Shown here: in pieces, positions 1-11,987 of the stretch
How the letters are laid out: each line of letters begins with the position of its first letter
Numbering within the stretch: position 1 is the first letter of the stretch
NCBI RefSeq assembly: GCF_020745735.1
Contig: NC_083408.1
Span: 5,841,131-5,905,130 of the forward strand
Direction: 5' to 3'
DNA length: 64,000 nt
Source of the DNA: Hemiscyllium ocellatum
Lineage: Eukaryota
Program-made: the position numbers and the translations under genes
The notes under the pieces: model-generated
What the model was told of the DNA's origin: nothing
What the model saw: the letters and a program-made list of their open reading frames with translations, nothing else
Database searches by the model: none

Positions 1-474
1 GGGGACAGAATTGTTTCCTCCTGAATGCGCATCAAAGCACTGAACGATGTCTCAAAAGATGATTTCATAACACAGCACTACATAATAGGAATAGCATTAC
101 ACAAAGTCACCGAGCATTAAATATTGCTATCTTTTAGTGTGGTCCATAGAAATTTCACGACTAGTCAATTTATGTATACAGTCAAAATTTTTATCTGCAT
201 CTCATTCTGCAAACAGAGTTTGACATATACAACCTAACTTTGTTTTCTCTGAAATCTCACATCCAAGAAAGAAAAAGTAAGTTTGAAAGGTATATGTTTC
301 ATCTCTCAGCAACCCTCATCCAATCCGTCACGACTAAGTACGTTATCCCTTTTACTGTGATATGAGCAGCCATGTAAGGACGGGGTTAATTGAACCTCAT
401 TGTTCGGAGATGGTGATTACCTTCAGTCTCCAAGGAATTTATTTTTTCCAAGTGAAGGATTTCCATCTTTTAAT

Positions 475-480
475 TATAAA
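475..480 (+). promoter_or_regulatory. Candidate TATA box upstream of GPCR exon 1
   Basis: TATAAA about 135 nt upstream of the ATG; positional evidence only. Confidence 0.3.
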
Positions 481-612
481 TGCATTTCATGCTATGTGTT
501 GTCCCATAATAAGAGCCGACCGTTACATACAGCACTAACAGGGATCCGTAGCTCCAGAGAGAGGGGAAGGACAGATCAACATCTTACAGCACTGGGCTGA
601 GAAGTCACAACA

Positions 613-793
613 ATGGATCAGTATCTCAGAATAATAGACTGGAATGTTACAACATTGGACAAGGGTGTATTTGAGGCTGCGTGGTATCTTTCAACATATT
701 ATCATCAATGGTCATTAACATCACGGATCAGAATTTCACTTTTGATCATTCAGTATTTTTATTATCCTATTCTGGCTATCGTTGGTGTCCCTG
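613..793 (+). CDS. GPR139-like class A GPCR, exon 1 (N-terminus and first half of TM1)
   Basis: MDQYLRIIDWNVT...IQYFYYPILAIVGVP, with an N-glycosylation sequon (NVT). Ends CCT G at 793 in phase 1 and joins exon 2 in frame to give VGVP-V-NVVTI, the TM1 GxPxN motif. The donor is ATAAGT rather than GTAAGT. Confidence 0.85.
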
Positions 794-1399
794 ATAAGTC
801 TTAATGTCCAGTTTTTCTTTCGATAAAACATGCTTAACTGTCGTGCAGGTCTCTTCATTTACTCTACAGAATCATTACAGCTATTCTTGTTCATGCTGAG
901 AATTTGAATCAACGTATTTATTCCATAAACCACTGCAAAGTGCGTCTATAAAGTTGATTATTCCGTCTCTCTCTCTTCCGTTCAGGCAAAATCCCCCATA
1001 GATTTTGATCTACACAGTTTCATCAGTGAACAATCATTCATTGTATCACCGTGGTTATTGTCTTCTAGGACAAAGTGAGGACTGCAGACGCTGCAGTACC
1101 AGAGTTGAAAGATGTGGTGCTGGAAAAACACAGCAGGCCAGGCAGCATCATCGGTTATTGTATAAGATGCCATACCAGAGAGGCAATGACAGGCATTTAA
1201 CTTGGCACCTGATGACTCATAATAAAGAAAGCAGGGCAGTTGTCAAACTGTTGCTCAATGACTGAACCTGGTGATATCCACTTGTGCCACGTTAAATATT
1301 TGTTGCACTAGGACCCATTGGCAGTGATTTTCAATCCGAGGCAATTTTTCCACTGTCATCACTTTTGCACCATTAATATAAATAGTGGCAGGCATTCTC

Positions 1400-2960
1400 T
1401 TTGCTTCCCGAAGTTGGTGATCTTTAGTTTTGTTTAGGTTAAGGGAATGATTGTTTCCTTTCCATCACATCGCCAGTAACTCTATATTTATTTTGTGTCT
1501 TCTGTCTTGACTTTGTTTGATATTAAACCTATAAAGAACTTGTCGACGGAGTTAGAACGAATTTGGTGCCAGTCAGAGTATAGAAATTTGCTGATTACAC
1601 GGTCTTAATGGGCATGCGTGCTAAAGATTATCATGGAGAATGTTTTATTGAATGATCGAACTGATACTGGTCTGTAGCCGAGGCATTTAAGGAGACAGTT
1701 GCAGAGTGTAGAGCAGACACCTACATCTCTGCGTGTTAATATTGTTCGGGATTAAATTATAGTGTGGAAGACACTGCTGCAATCAATAAGTAGAAATTTG
1801 ATGTCAGTATCCTTGTTGTTCAGACATGCGAGAGACAACTGTTGAGGTGGTGGCTGCCCAGGATCTGTTACGCCAGTGAGCAAATTAAAAGTGGTCAAGG
1901 CAGGCTTGAATGCAACAGATGATATGAGCCATGACTAACGTCTTGAAGATTTTCAGAATGAAGGGAGTCAGAGCCACAGGCCATGAGTTTTCTTTGGTAT
2001 CAGTATAATGGAAGTCTTCTTGAAGAAGGTGGAGACAGCAGATTGTGATAATTAGAGGTTGAAGTTGTCATAGATTGTCCCGGCAGCTGGTCGACACAGG
2101 ATCCAGCAAACTGTTGGGAGCGTCGATGTGGAACAATCGTTTCCATGGGTTCACTCTTACTAAGGCCGATGAGACATGCACAGTGGTAATCAATATGTAA
2201 GTGACTCAGTTTCACTGAAAAGGAGAAAATACATTAAGTGCTAGTGTGGAGAAAGCGAAAGTGAGAGTGGCGGTGGGTTGTGATCATGTGTGTTTGTTGA
2301 CTATTTCATTCTGCTTCAATTTGCATGCTGTTGTGTTGTCTTCACGTCGACTAAAATGAAGGGGTTAAGTGTGATTATCCGAGTCTCTAACTGAGTGCAG
2401 TATTTCCTCTTGGCATCTCTAATGGTAATTTGGAGGTTGTATATGGCATTCCTGTAAAAATCTGTTTCCTCTGACTTGCATGCTGCACACGCAATCTTCA
2501 GGATACAAGGTTTCCGTTTGGTGAACGTACAGATTGCCTTCTTTGACATACTGTCCTGTCCAAAAATGTTGGAGAAGACTGCGACAGTAGTGCCGTACTC
2601 ATCTCCTTTGGGCTGTGAGTCATCATATAGACCATTCCACTGATTTTAAACAGTCCCACAATAATACAACAGCTGCTGAAAGAAGGAATGAATATTTTCT
2701 GCACTGTGTCCTCAGGTTTCTACTTCTGCTTATAAGTTGGGAGGTGGAGCTCAGCATCGCGGTCTGAATTTCCAAAATGCAGATGTAAAATGGAGTATTC
2801 TGCATCTTTGATGGTTGTGTGGTAAGGGGCAAGGATGTCCAGCTCCAGGTGGGACTGCAGACATGTTGACAATATTATGGTAGCACCGTCATGAGGTTGG
2901 GTGGCTGAAGTAACAAGCTATGATAAGGATCGCAATATTTCACCTCAAGTACAATTGTAG
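1400..2960 (-). mobile_element. Rex1/Babar-type LINE relic
   Basis: Degenerate translations resemble this clade's ORF: AIYNLQITIRDAKRKY, PVALT...LVMAHI and LLID.SS.F.TI. Confidence 0.7.
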
Positions 2961-4165
2961 TGGTGTTCATTGCATTGTTCACTTTTGCATGAGATCGAAT
3001 GTAGTTTGTATGTCAGTTGGTAGTGGTGGGCTTGTACAGATGTAGTAGGGATTGCATTTCCCTCTTAGCTTTTCTCGCTCCAGGGGAACAACAACTCGCC
3101 CGGGTCACCATGTCTAGCAGTGTTAGGTGCTGATTAGAACGCAGACACCATCACCACTTGTGTTACCCAAGGACAGCGTGCTTTCCATGTGACAGAACAT
3201 CGAATAAAGAACATCCCAGTGTAATACAGGCCATTCGGTCACGCATGTTGTGCCGAAATATCGAACCAATCTAAAGCCCATATAAACTATATATTCCATT
3301 TTCACACATATATTTATCCAATGACGATTTAAACGCCATTAAAGTTACCGAGTCTACTACTGTTGCAGTAAGGGCGTTGCACGCCCCTAAGAATCATTGA
3401 ATAAAGAAATATCTGAAATGTGTCCAATATCTATCACCTCTCAAATTGAATCTACGTCTCCTCATGCGAGGCATCACCATTTGGAGAAAAAGGTCCTGAC
3501 TGTCCACGCTATCTGAACTTCTGATTATATGATGTTGCTCAATAAAGTAACCTTTCCACCATCTTCACTCAATCGAAAAACGCCACAAGTCCCCCAGACT
3601 TTCCTCATAAAACCTTCCCTCATACCAGTCAACATTCGACCAAAACATATTCTATCCAGATGTTCATAAATCCTATCTCTTATAACCTATTCCAGCACTT
3701 TGTCCACAACCTGAAGTAAGGCTCTCTCGTCTGTAATTAAATGGTTGTCCAGACTTTCCTTTTTGAAAAATATCGCAACTATTTCAATTCTTCAGTCTTC
3801 CTGTTGACAATGACGACACAAGATCGAAGCTCAAGCCTCAGCAGTCTCATCACTACTTTCCGAGAGAATCTGAGGAAAAATTCCATCTGGACCAGGTAAC
3901 TGATCGATATTCACAATTTCTGGAATTGCTAACATCTCCACCTTTTGAACCTGATTCCCGTCCAGACTAGCAGCCTGTATCTCAACATTCTCCTGGAAAA
4001 CTTTGTCTATTTTTGTTGCGAACACTGAGTACACACATGCCAGTAGCACTTCACCAATTTCCTCGAACTCCGCGCACAGTTTCCCAAGACTTCTCTTGAT
4101 TGGCCGTAATGTTACTCCAGGCATTATTTGCTTCCGTTTATACTTACAGAAAATCTTATATTTTC

Positions 4166-4480
4166 ATTAGATTAGATTAGATTACTTACAGAGCGGAAAC
4201 AGGCCCTTCGGCCCAACAAGTCCACACCAACCCACTGAAGCGAAACCCACCCATTCCCCTACATTTACCCCTTTATCTAACACAACGGGCAATTGAGCAT
4301 GGCCAATTCACCTGACCTGCACATCTTTGGACTGTGGGAGGAAACCGGAGCACACGGAGGAAACCGACGCAGACACAGGGAGAATGTGCAAACTCCACAC
4401 AGACAGTCGCCTGAGGCGGGAATTGAACTCGCGTCTCTGGCGCTGTGAGGCAGCAGTGCTAACCACTGTGCCACCGTACC
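4166..4480 (-). mobile_element. HE1-type tRNA-derived SINE
   Basis: A and B boxes, conserved core, CR1-like 3' tail and (TCTAA)n end. Confidence 0.92.
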
Positions 4481-4756
4481 CTGGAGCCTAAATGCAGATG
4501 ACTTCGCATATCCCCATTCTGGGCCTTCTCACCTCTCTCTATAGTTTATTCCTGTTTCGCTTGTTTCTTTCAAGGACCAGATCGGAGTCTCCATGTCTCA
4601 TTCTCACATAAGCCATCGTCTTCCACTTGACAGAATATCCAACATCTTTTAATAAACCAAGAATCCCTTGGCCGAAAATGTTCTCCCTGCCTGACAGTTC
4701 GATACTTAACGAGGACACGCAGGAGTTTCTCTATGAATAAAATCCCCAGAGTGATA

Positions 4757-5050
4757 CCATGTCTAAGCGGTTAGCATTGGTGTTTCACAGCACCACCATT
4801 TCGATTTTGCTTCCAGCCTCGAACGACTGTCTGCATGTCTTTCCCGTGTCTACATCGGTTTCCTCCCACAATCCAAAGAATGTGCAGGTTCACCAAACTG
4901 GCAATGAACAATTGCCGTTGGTATTCAGATATATGTACGTTTGGTAGATTAGGCATGGATAAATATAGAGTACTCGATCGGAATGGGATGCTCATCAGAA
5001 GGCTGGTGTGGGATTTTTGGACAAAATGGCCTTTATCCAGATTGTAAGGT
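4757..5050 (+). mobile_element. Old diverged HE1-type SINE
   Basis: Degenerate match to the SINE head, core and tail. Confidence 0.7.
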
Positions 5051-5209
5051 ATTTTTGACTCCATGTTCTCAATTGTGCCCACCCTGCATTTTCCTCCCAC
5101 GTGAGGTGCTTCCTAAATCTTGCCTCATCACACTGCAATTGCGTTTCCATAGCCATAAACCTGGCTCTGTGTTATAAACCCTAACCATTTCATTGCTTGA
5201 TTAAACATA

Positions 5210-5605
5210 GAGGAGAAAGTGAGCTCTGCAGATGCTGGAGATCAGAGCTGAAAATGTGTTGCTGGAAAAGCGCAGCAGATCAGGCAGCATCCTAGGAGCA
5301 TGAGATTCGACGTTTGGGGCATCAGCCCTTCAGGAATGAGAAGAGTGTGCCAAGCAGGCTAAGATAAAAGGTAGGGAGAAGGGACTTGGGGGAGGGGCGA
5401 TGGAGATGTGATAGATGGAAGGAGGTCACGGTGAATGTGATATGCCGGAGTGGGGTGATAGGCCGGAGTGGGGTGGGGGCGGAGAGGTCAGGAAGAAGAT
5501 TGCAGGTTACGAAGGCGGTGCTGAGTTCGAGGGATTTGACTGAGACAAGGTGGTGGGAGGGGAATTGAGGAAACTGGAGGTCATCCCTTGTGGTTCGAGG
5601 GTTCC
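5210..5605 (-). mobile_element. Penelope terminal-repeat fragment
   Basis: Same family as 25750-26160. Shorter copies lie at about 1070-1155 (-), 21715-21817 (+) and 62960-63075 (+). Confidence 0.8.
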
Positions 5606-8600
5606 TGCCCTCCAAATTTAATTAATGGCCTTATTCATTAGTTCATTCTAAATCCAATCTGACCTCCTCCCTTGTTGGCCTGTCGACACAACTTGTCAGG
5701 AAACCCTCGTGCACACACTGGACAAAAACAACTGATCTATCCAAAGTGCTCTAACGATAATATTGCAAGTGATTATTTGAAAAGTTAAAGACCCCATAAC
5801 CACAACCTGTTACTCTCACTTGTATCCAAAATCATCATTGTTATTCTTTCCCCTGCATTTCTGGAATTATTCGGAAGTCGTTAAAAAAAAGGCTCAACAA
5901 GGTGACCTCTCCTTTCCTGTTTCTAACCTCACCCCACATTATCTCGGTAGATCTGTCATCAAACACTTGTTTTTTTTCCCAACGTAACACTATCCTTAAC
6001 TAACTCTGTCATACTTCCTCCTCTTTTAAAATCTTCTCTGTTCTGAATGAAACATCTATTCCAGGAATCTGCATCAACCATTGCTGTCACTGTTGGAGAC
6101 ACGTCTACGAAATAGCCACAACTTCGAACATCCAAGGTACCAATCCATGTTGCAACTTAATCCATTTTATTCCAGATGCTTCTGGCATTGAAGTTAACAC
6201 ACTTCAACCCGCATTCCTGCTTGAAAGTACAGCCCTGCGATACTGAAACATGATTTCAGACCTAACTGCTGCCAACCTTCTGGACACTAGAACGATGACT
6301 TTGTTTCCAAGCCTCCTGCTGATTTAAGTTAATCCCTCCTGAAGAGCATGAGTAATATCTGAGGAACATCAGGTCGTACGGCTCTGCCAGGTGTAGCAGA
6401 AATGAGCCTTTTTTGTGAAATTGAGCACACAGCAGACTCTCAATTTCCGCTAGATGCTGGTTCCATATTTTAACACATTGATTTTTTTCTCAATGACTTT
6501 GATTGTTGCCAGTGATGTGCTCGGGAAGGGGGAATTGAAACCATGTCATCTGCAACCTATCATGTATCCAATGTTTCCTGGTAAGTTCTTTGCTTCTGGT
6601 TAATCTCGGGCATCAGTGATGGATTTCTGCTGCTCCAGAGTGTAAGTGCGTGCTCCCAATGGGGGTCCTGAGTGCGAGTTGTTGCCGGGGCGCTCTGCTG
6701 GTTTTGGAATTCATTCTGTCCAATCTTCACATTGTTAGGTTCCATTAATCTGGTGTGGCATTCCTGGATTTGTCCTGCCTCCTCAGACTTGCGTCATTCT
6801 GGCTTTAGATTTTGCGCTTGTGCTGATCAGGACTCCTTGGGATTAGATTACATTTGACTGGAGTTAAGGTCTGGACAGATCAGGATCGGGTCACGATGCG
6901 GGCTGGTTTTGATTTGGGGCGGAGCTCCACGGGTGCAAATAACTTTAAGGTCAGATTTCAACTTCGGTAACGTATTTCCTTGTGGTTGTGAACTTTGGGC
7001 CTATGGGAAGTTGATTCATACTGGTTCGGAGAATCTAGCATTCACTACACTTGGGTCTGGAGATTTTTGGCATCTGCAGACATATAATACATTTAAAGTA
7101 ACATTCCAGTAATTGTAGATCTTTAGAATTGAGATTGAATACTACTGAACAGTTTTTAATTTTTTTTTAGAATCAGGTCTGCTGTGAAGAATTTGAACAC
7201 AATTGCCCCATATGGACATGTATCTTAAATCCTACCTACCAAACTGTGTCATGTAAATTAAGGTGCGAATGGTAGAAGTGATTGTCTCCGTCGAGTGCAA
7301 AATATTAAAAAAGACAATGGAAGAGAAAATAATAAAGAAACAATGAATATAAATGTAAAGAAATTGAGAACCGACATCATGTGTTATAGTTGTGGAGGTA
7401 TGGAACTGAATATTACGTCCTACAGGTTGTAACATAGCAAAACATAATTAGACGTGTCATCAAGCTTATATTATGAAGCTGATGTCGACACCTCGCTCAT
7501 AATTAAAACTGAAACCTCCAGTGACCAGCACATCTGTTAAAGAAGTGTGACAAAATGGTATTACCTCTCTCTAACATTCAATCTCTTTTAACGGAGTGGT
7601 TAAGTGAAATGGATTTTTTTCGTCCACATTATAATCAAAACGTTAAAAATGTATCATACACTAACAGTGAACAATTAGCAGATTTACTAACAAACATAGT
7701 ACCAATACCGTACAGCCCAGATGGCCTCTTTCTTCAAGGACGGCAGATTCCCCCCCAGACGTGATCGACGATGCCCTCCACCGCATCTCGATCTGTTTGC
7801 TTCCTTCTGCATTACGAACCAGCGGTTCAGACACTGAATTAGAGACTATGAAACTGTTGCAAACAAATCCAGTCATAGGTACAGAATATTATAAACTTGT
7901 GAAGAAGTTACAAGTGAAAATGAGGAAGCTAAAAGTCTGATTAAGTTCAAGGTTTTGGCTGAAGTCAAAATGATTATTAGCTCGAAATTGTACTTTTTAT
8001 AAGTTGGCAAGAGATTAGATGTTGTCTTTGGCTGAATACAGTAATGTTATCCAAAGCAAAATAGCCAAAATTAGTGTTTTTGATTGAATAATAATTGGCA
8101 TAAATTAAGTGTATATTTTTGCTGTTTTGTGTGAAATATGACAACGATTACATAAGAGTAACACGCTGAGGAAACATACGGTTCGGAGAGTGCGTCCTCA
8201 TGGGAATTACACCTCTGAAATATACTTTAGGAAAACCGATGTTCCAAGTATCCGAATGTTTTTTGGTTGGTGCAGGAAGCCAGGGATAGAATGACTGAAA
8301 GTTCCTGTAATATGGAGCTTATGACACCATCAGATCAGAACGAACTTATTGAATTGTCTCGCAATTTTGGCGTGCTGATTCGGCTCACGTTGAACTCTGA
8401 TTGGATGCGTTCAGAAAAAAAAACACACAAATCTGCTCCTTCCCTTTATGTTTTCCATAGTGCAGAAGTGATATCGTCATGAACATGGGAATTATTTGCA
8501 ACGCTATGATGATAATACTAAAATTAACTTCAGCCATTAGATTCCAGAAATGGCATTCTCCAGAAAGATCTGTCACCAACATTCTCTGAATATTCGGCAA

Positions 8601-8917
8601 TCAAGTGCAGTTATTGTGTGGGTGAGTGGGAAGTTGCTGTATTAAATAATACGAGTGCTGCAGCCCGAGTCTTGTTTGAATTACGTTGGTTATGAGTGTG
8701 AAGAGAGAATTCGTTGGTACTTGCCCTGACAAAGAAGAGAATGTTATTAATGCTGTTCATTATTGCCGAGGCATTTCTACAGTGCGTAGACACTGCAATG
8801 AAGTGGATGATCAGCTCAGTTTATGGTCAGTAGGTCTGGGGAGGGGGGTTGGGGGCGGTGGCCATCACTGAGAAGTGAATGGTCCCTTATGTATTAGCCC
8901 TTCCAAGAGTGTCAATT

Positions 8918-9130
8918 TGAAATCACACAACACCAGTTTATAGTCCAACAGCTTCAATTGGAAACACGAGCTTTCGGAGCACCACCCCTTCATTAGGTGA
9001 TTCATCATCTGATGAAGGAGCGGCTCTCCGAAAGCTGGTGCTTCTAGTTAAACCTGTTGGTCTATAAGCTGGTGCTGTGTGATTTTCAATTTGTACAATT
9101 CAGTCCAACACCAACACATCTCCAAATCAT
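8918..9130. mobile_element. Short palindromic non-autonomous Penelope-type element
   Basis: About 85-bp imperfect inverted arms (8918-9088), each containing a hammerhead-like core. Confidence 0.75.
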
Positions 9131-10751
9131 CCACTCGGATCACTGTGTCACTATTGGCAAATCGTAGTGAGATGGTCCCTTATCTTCCATGCTTGTGTGA
9201 AACTGTGGTGGACAGCTATAAACTGAGAAAAATCAACTACATGTTCATTGCACTTTTAAACATGACACAAGCGCCAAGGATATGAAATGTTCAGGGGTAT
9301 CTCAGCGATGATGAGTACCTTAAGACAATATGATCAGGAGAGTTGGGCAGGCATTGGATGAGACGGATAACATGGGGTAGGTTGGTAATTATTGAGGTCA
9401 GCTTGATAAGATAATACCTGAATGCCAGCTCAGCCTCATGTGAAAAATCCCTCCATCACACTTAAAGAAAATGATTTTTGGGAAAATCAGAGTTAAGTTC
9501 AAATATTCTGTTGAGACCAGTTATAGCGTAGCAGACCAAATCCGAATTCAAACTCTCCATCACCTCAAACCACATCAAAATCAGTTACCCATCATTCCTG
9601 GAAATACTGGCTCGTGTTGCAAGATGTCATCGAAATGTATTAATTTTCCCTTGATAAAGCTGTGAATTCACTCTTTGGTTGCTTTGGCTGTTTGTCTCTC
9701 GCCTCCCCAAATGTTCCCCCGGCAGTGATTTTCTCACGGCAAGCAGATATTGTCATGACATACCTCAAATATGGATCCTTGAATGAATGGGAGGGTTGCA
9801 TGTTGTCAATTCGATGGCCTCCAATTTTTGCAACGCTCAGCAGTGATCCAACATTGCATTACCGAGCAAAGCACTGTTCTGCAAAGCTCTTCATGCTGTG
9901 ATGATAACTGTTTCGGGTTTACAGATCAATTCACCACTCATCTCCCCATGCTGGGTAGATGTATCGTCTGGTTGATAGATCAATGAACAGAAGTGTCCTA
10001 TCAGGCTCAACATGGTAAAAAAAATATATTTGGACCAGGGTTATAGATCAATGCTTTGGAGTGGTCTGTGCTATGTTCCAGTTTGAACACTTGACCGGAT
10101 TGTCCTGTGCACGAGATGAGCCTGGTCTGCCCAATGCTTCATGCTGAACCGATGCCTCATCTGTGTTTATGCTATATGAGCTGGCTCTGGGAGGTAAATT
10201 AAGACCGTTATACATCTAACCATTTCTGATAAACTGGCAATGGTTTTCCTTCGTGTTCTCATTCATGTGATTCGATCCTCCAATCTTTGACTCAATTAAT
10301 ATTGCAGTGTGACAACGCTCAGTACATTGTGTTTGTGAAAAACTACTGTCCTGGCAGCAGATAAAGCCTCTTTATTCAAAAGCAGTCAGACTTTTCTATC
10401 ATCTTCGAGAAAACAGGGAGGAGGAAATCATGGAGTCCTGGATGATGGTCTTCCCCTTGATACACGTTCAGAGAACCCTCCACTTCAATGCTCCCCATGC
10501 CAACCAAATACATGAAAATATCCTGTGTATACTTACAATAAAGGAGCCGCTGAACACATCGGTGAGCAGACCGTCAGTGAGACGCAGCACCATTTCCAAT
10601 GTTGCAACTCGTCAGTGAACAATGTGTCAGTAAGTCCTGACGTTTGTTTTACTGAAAAATGCACAGGTCCACATTTACCCACGTTACCAAATCATTTACA
10701 AAATGACTGTCCGTTGATTATTCATTTACGGACTCTATGCCACTTAATGAT

Positions 10752-11363
10752 TGTAATGGTCTGGGCCAGACCATTCCAAACGTTCTTTATCAGGCAGCCC
10801 AGACCATAAATCTGCATTTTGTTTTCTAAATTACAGTGAAAATTACACGGAGTAGGTTAGCTACGTTGACTACCAGGTTCTGAAATAGACAGAAAATTAT
10901 TCATAAAATTATGGAATGAAACACAAAGGACAGAACTCAGTCTATTCAAACTGGACTTTAATATGCTGTTCCTAATGTGCACACATTCCCAATATACACG
11001 CCCCTTAAACAGAGAACCAACCTGAACCCGAGACTTACAGGTCGAAGTCAGAAGGGTAGAAGGAGAGATAGTTTAGCAGCGTGTTTCCAACCAGCTCCAC
11101 AACTTGAACCGACACTAACATAACTTGAGACTTTTGGACTGATCTCTCCACTTTCATTATACAGGGCATTTAAAAATATTAGAGCCTTGTCCTAATGTCT
11201 CATCTGTTTATATAAAAACAAAATGGCTTCTCGGTAAAGCCTTTCATCACGTGAGAAACCAGTCAATTTGGAGCCCCTTCCGGTTTACAACCCCTTTAAA
11301 ACAAAAACATTGATACAGTATCCTTGAGGAAAGGAAAAGCTTTGAGAGAATAGCTTTGGGACA
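10752..11363. mobile_element. Solo LTR (Gypsy-like)
   Basis: 612 bp with TGT...ACA termini, flanked by a 4-bp target-site duplication TGAT (10748-10751 and 11364-11367); no internal coding region. Confidence 0.65.
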
Positions 11364-11409
11364 TGATACTGATCATCTGAAAATATTTCTCTCACACTGC
11401 AACCAAAAT

Positions 11410-11576
11410 TTCCTATAACAAACCCACCTAGCCTGCACATCCCTGAACACTAGGGATGATTTGACGTTACCTATCCATCCGATGTGCCTACCTTTGTAAT
11501 GTAGGAGGAGCCAGACCAACCAGTGGAGCATACAGACACAGAGAAAGTACAAACTCTATCCAGAGAGACACGCGAA
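11410..11576 (-). mobile_element. Old headless SINE body
   Basis: Degenerate match to the SINE core. Confidence 0.6.
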
Positions 11577-11904
11577 TTTTTTTTTTAGATTTGACTTACA
11601 GTGTGGAAACAGGCCCTTCGGCCCAACAAGTCCACACCGACCCGCCGAAGCGCAACCCACCCATACCCCTACATTTACCCGTTACCTAACACTACGGGCA
11701 ATTTAGCTTGGCCAATTCACCTGACCCGCACATCTTTGGACTGTGGGAGGAAACCGGAGCACCCGGAGGAAACCCACGCAGACACGGGGAGAACGTGCAA
11801 ACTCCACACAGTCAGTCGCCTGAGTCGGGAATTGAACCCGGGTCTACAGGCGCTGTGAGGCAGCAGTGCTAACCACTGTGCCACTGTGCCACCGTGCCGC
11901 CCAC
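11577..11904 (-). mobile_element. Young HE1-type SINE with a short duplication in the A-box region
   Basis: Near-identical to the 17590-17913 copy, with an extra CACAGTGG and an A-rich tail. Confidence 0.93.
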
Positions 11905-11914
11905 AAGAGTCAGA

Positions 11915-11987
11915 CACCCGAGATGGGACTTGAACCCACAAACCCTGGCTTAGGAGGCCAGTGCCTTATCCATTAGGCCACTGGAGC
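11915..11987 (-). tRNA. tRNA-Arg (anticodon CCT), possibly a degenerate copy
   Basis: 73 nt, GCTCCAGTGGCCTAATGGATAAGGCACTGGCCTCCTAAGCCAGGGTTTGTGGGTTCAAGTCCCATCTCGGGTG, nearly matching vertebrate tRNA-Arg-CCT. A and B boxes are intact. C5:C68 mismatch in the acceptor stem and no downstream T-run. Confidence 0.88.

Larger units (their letters stand above)
3195..6360 (-). mobile_element. Fragmented CR1 LINE interrupted by two SINEs and a Penelope end
   Basis: 3' tail (GAACAT repeats) at about 3195; PGPDGIFPQIL RT motif in ORF 3831-4124; endonuclease-region similarity at 5650-6300. Confidence 0.8.

Noticed and set aside
11601-11858. Recurrent MWKQALRPNKST ORFs (also 17628, 20522, 34512)
   Set aside because: Antisense translations of SINE copies.
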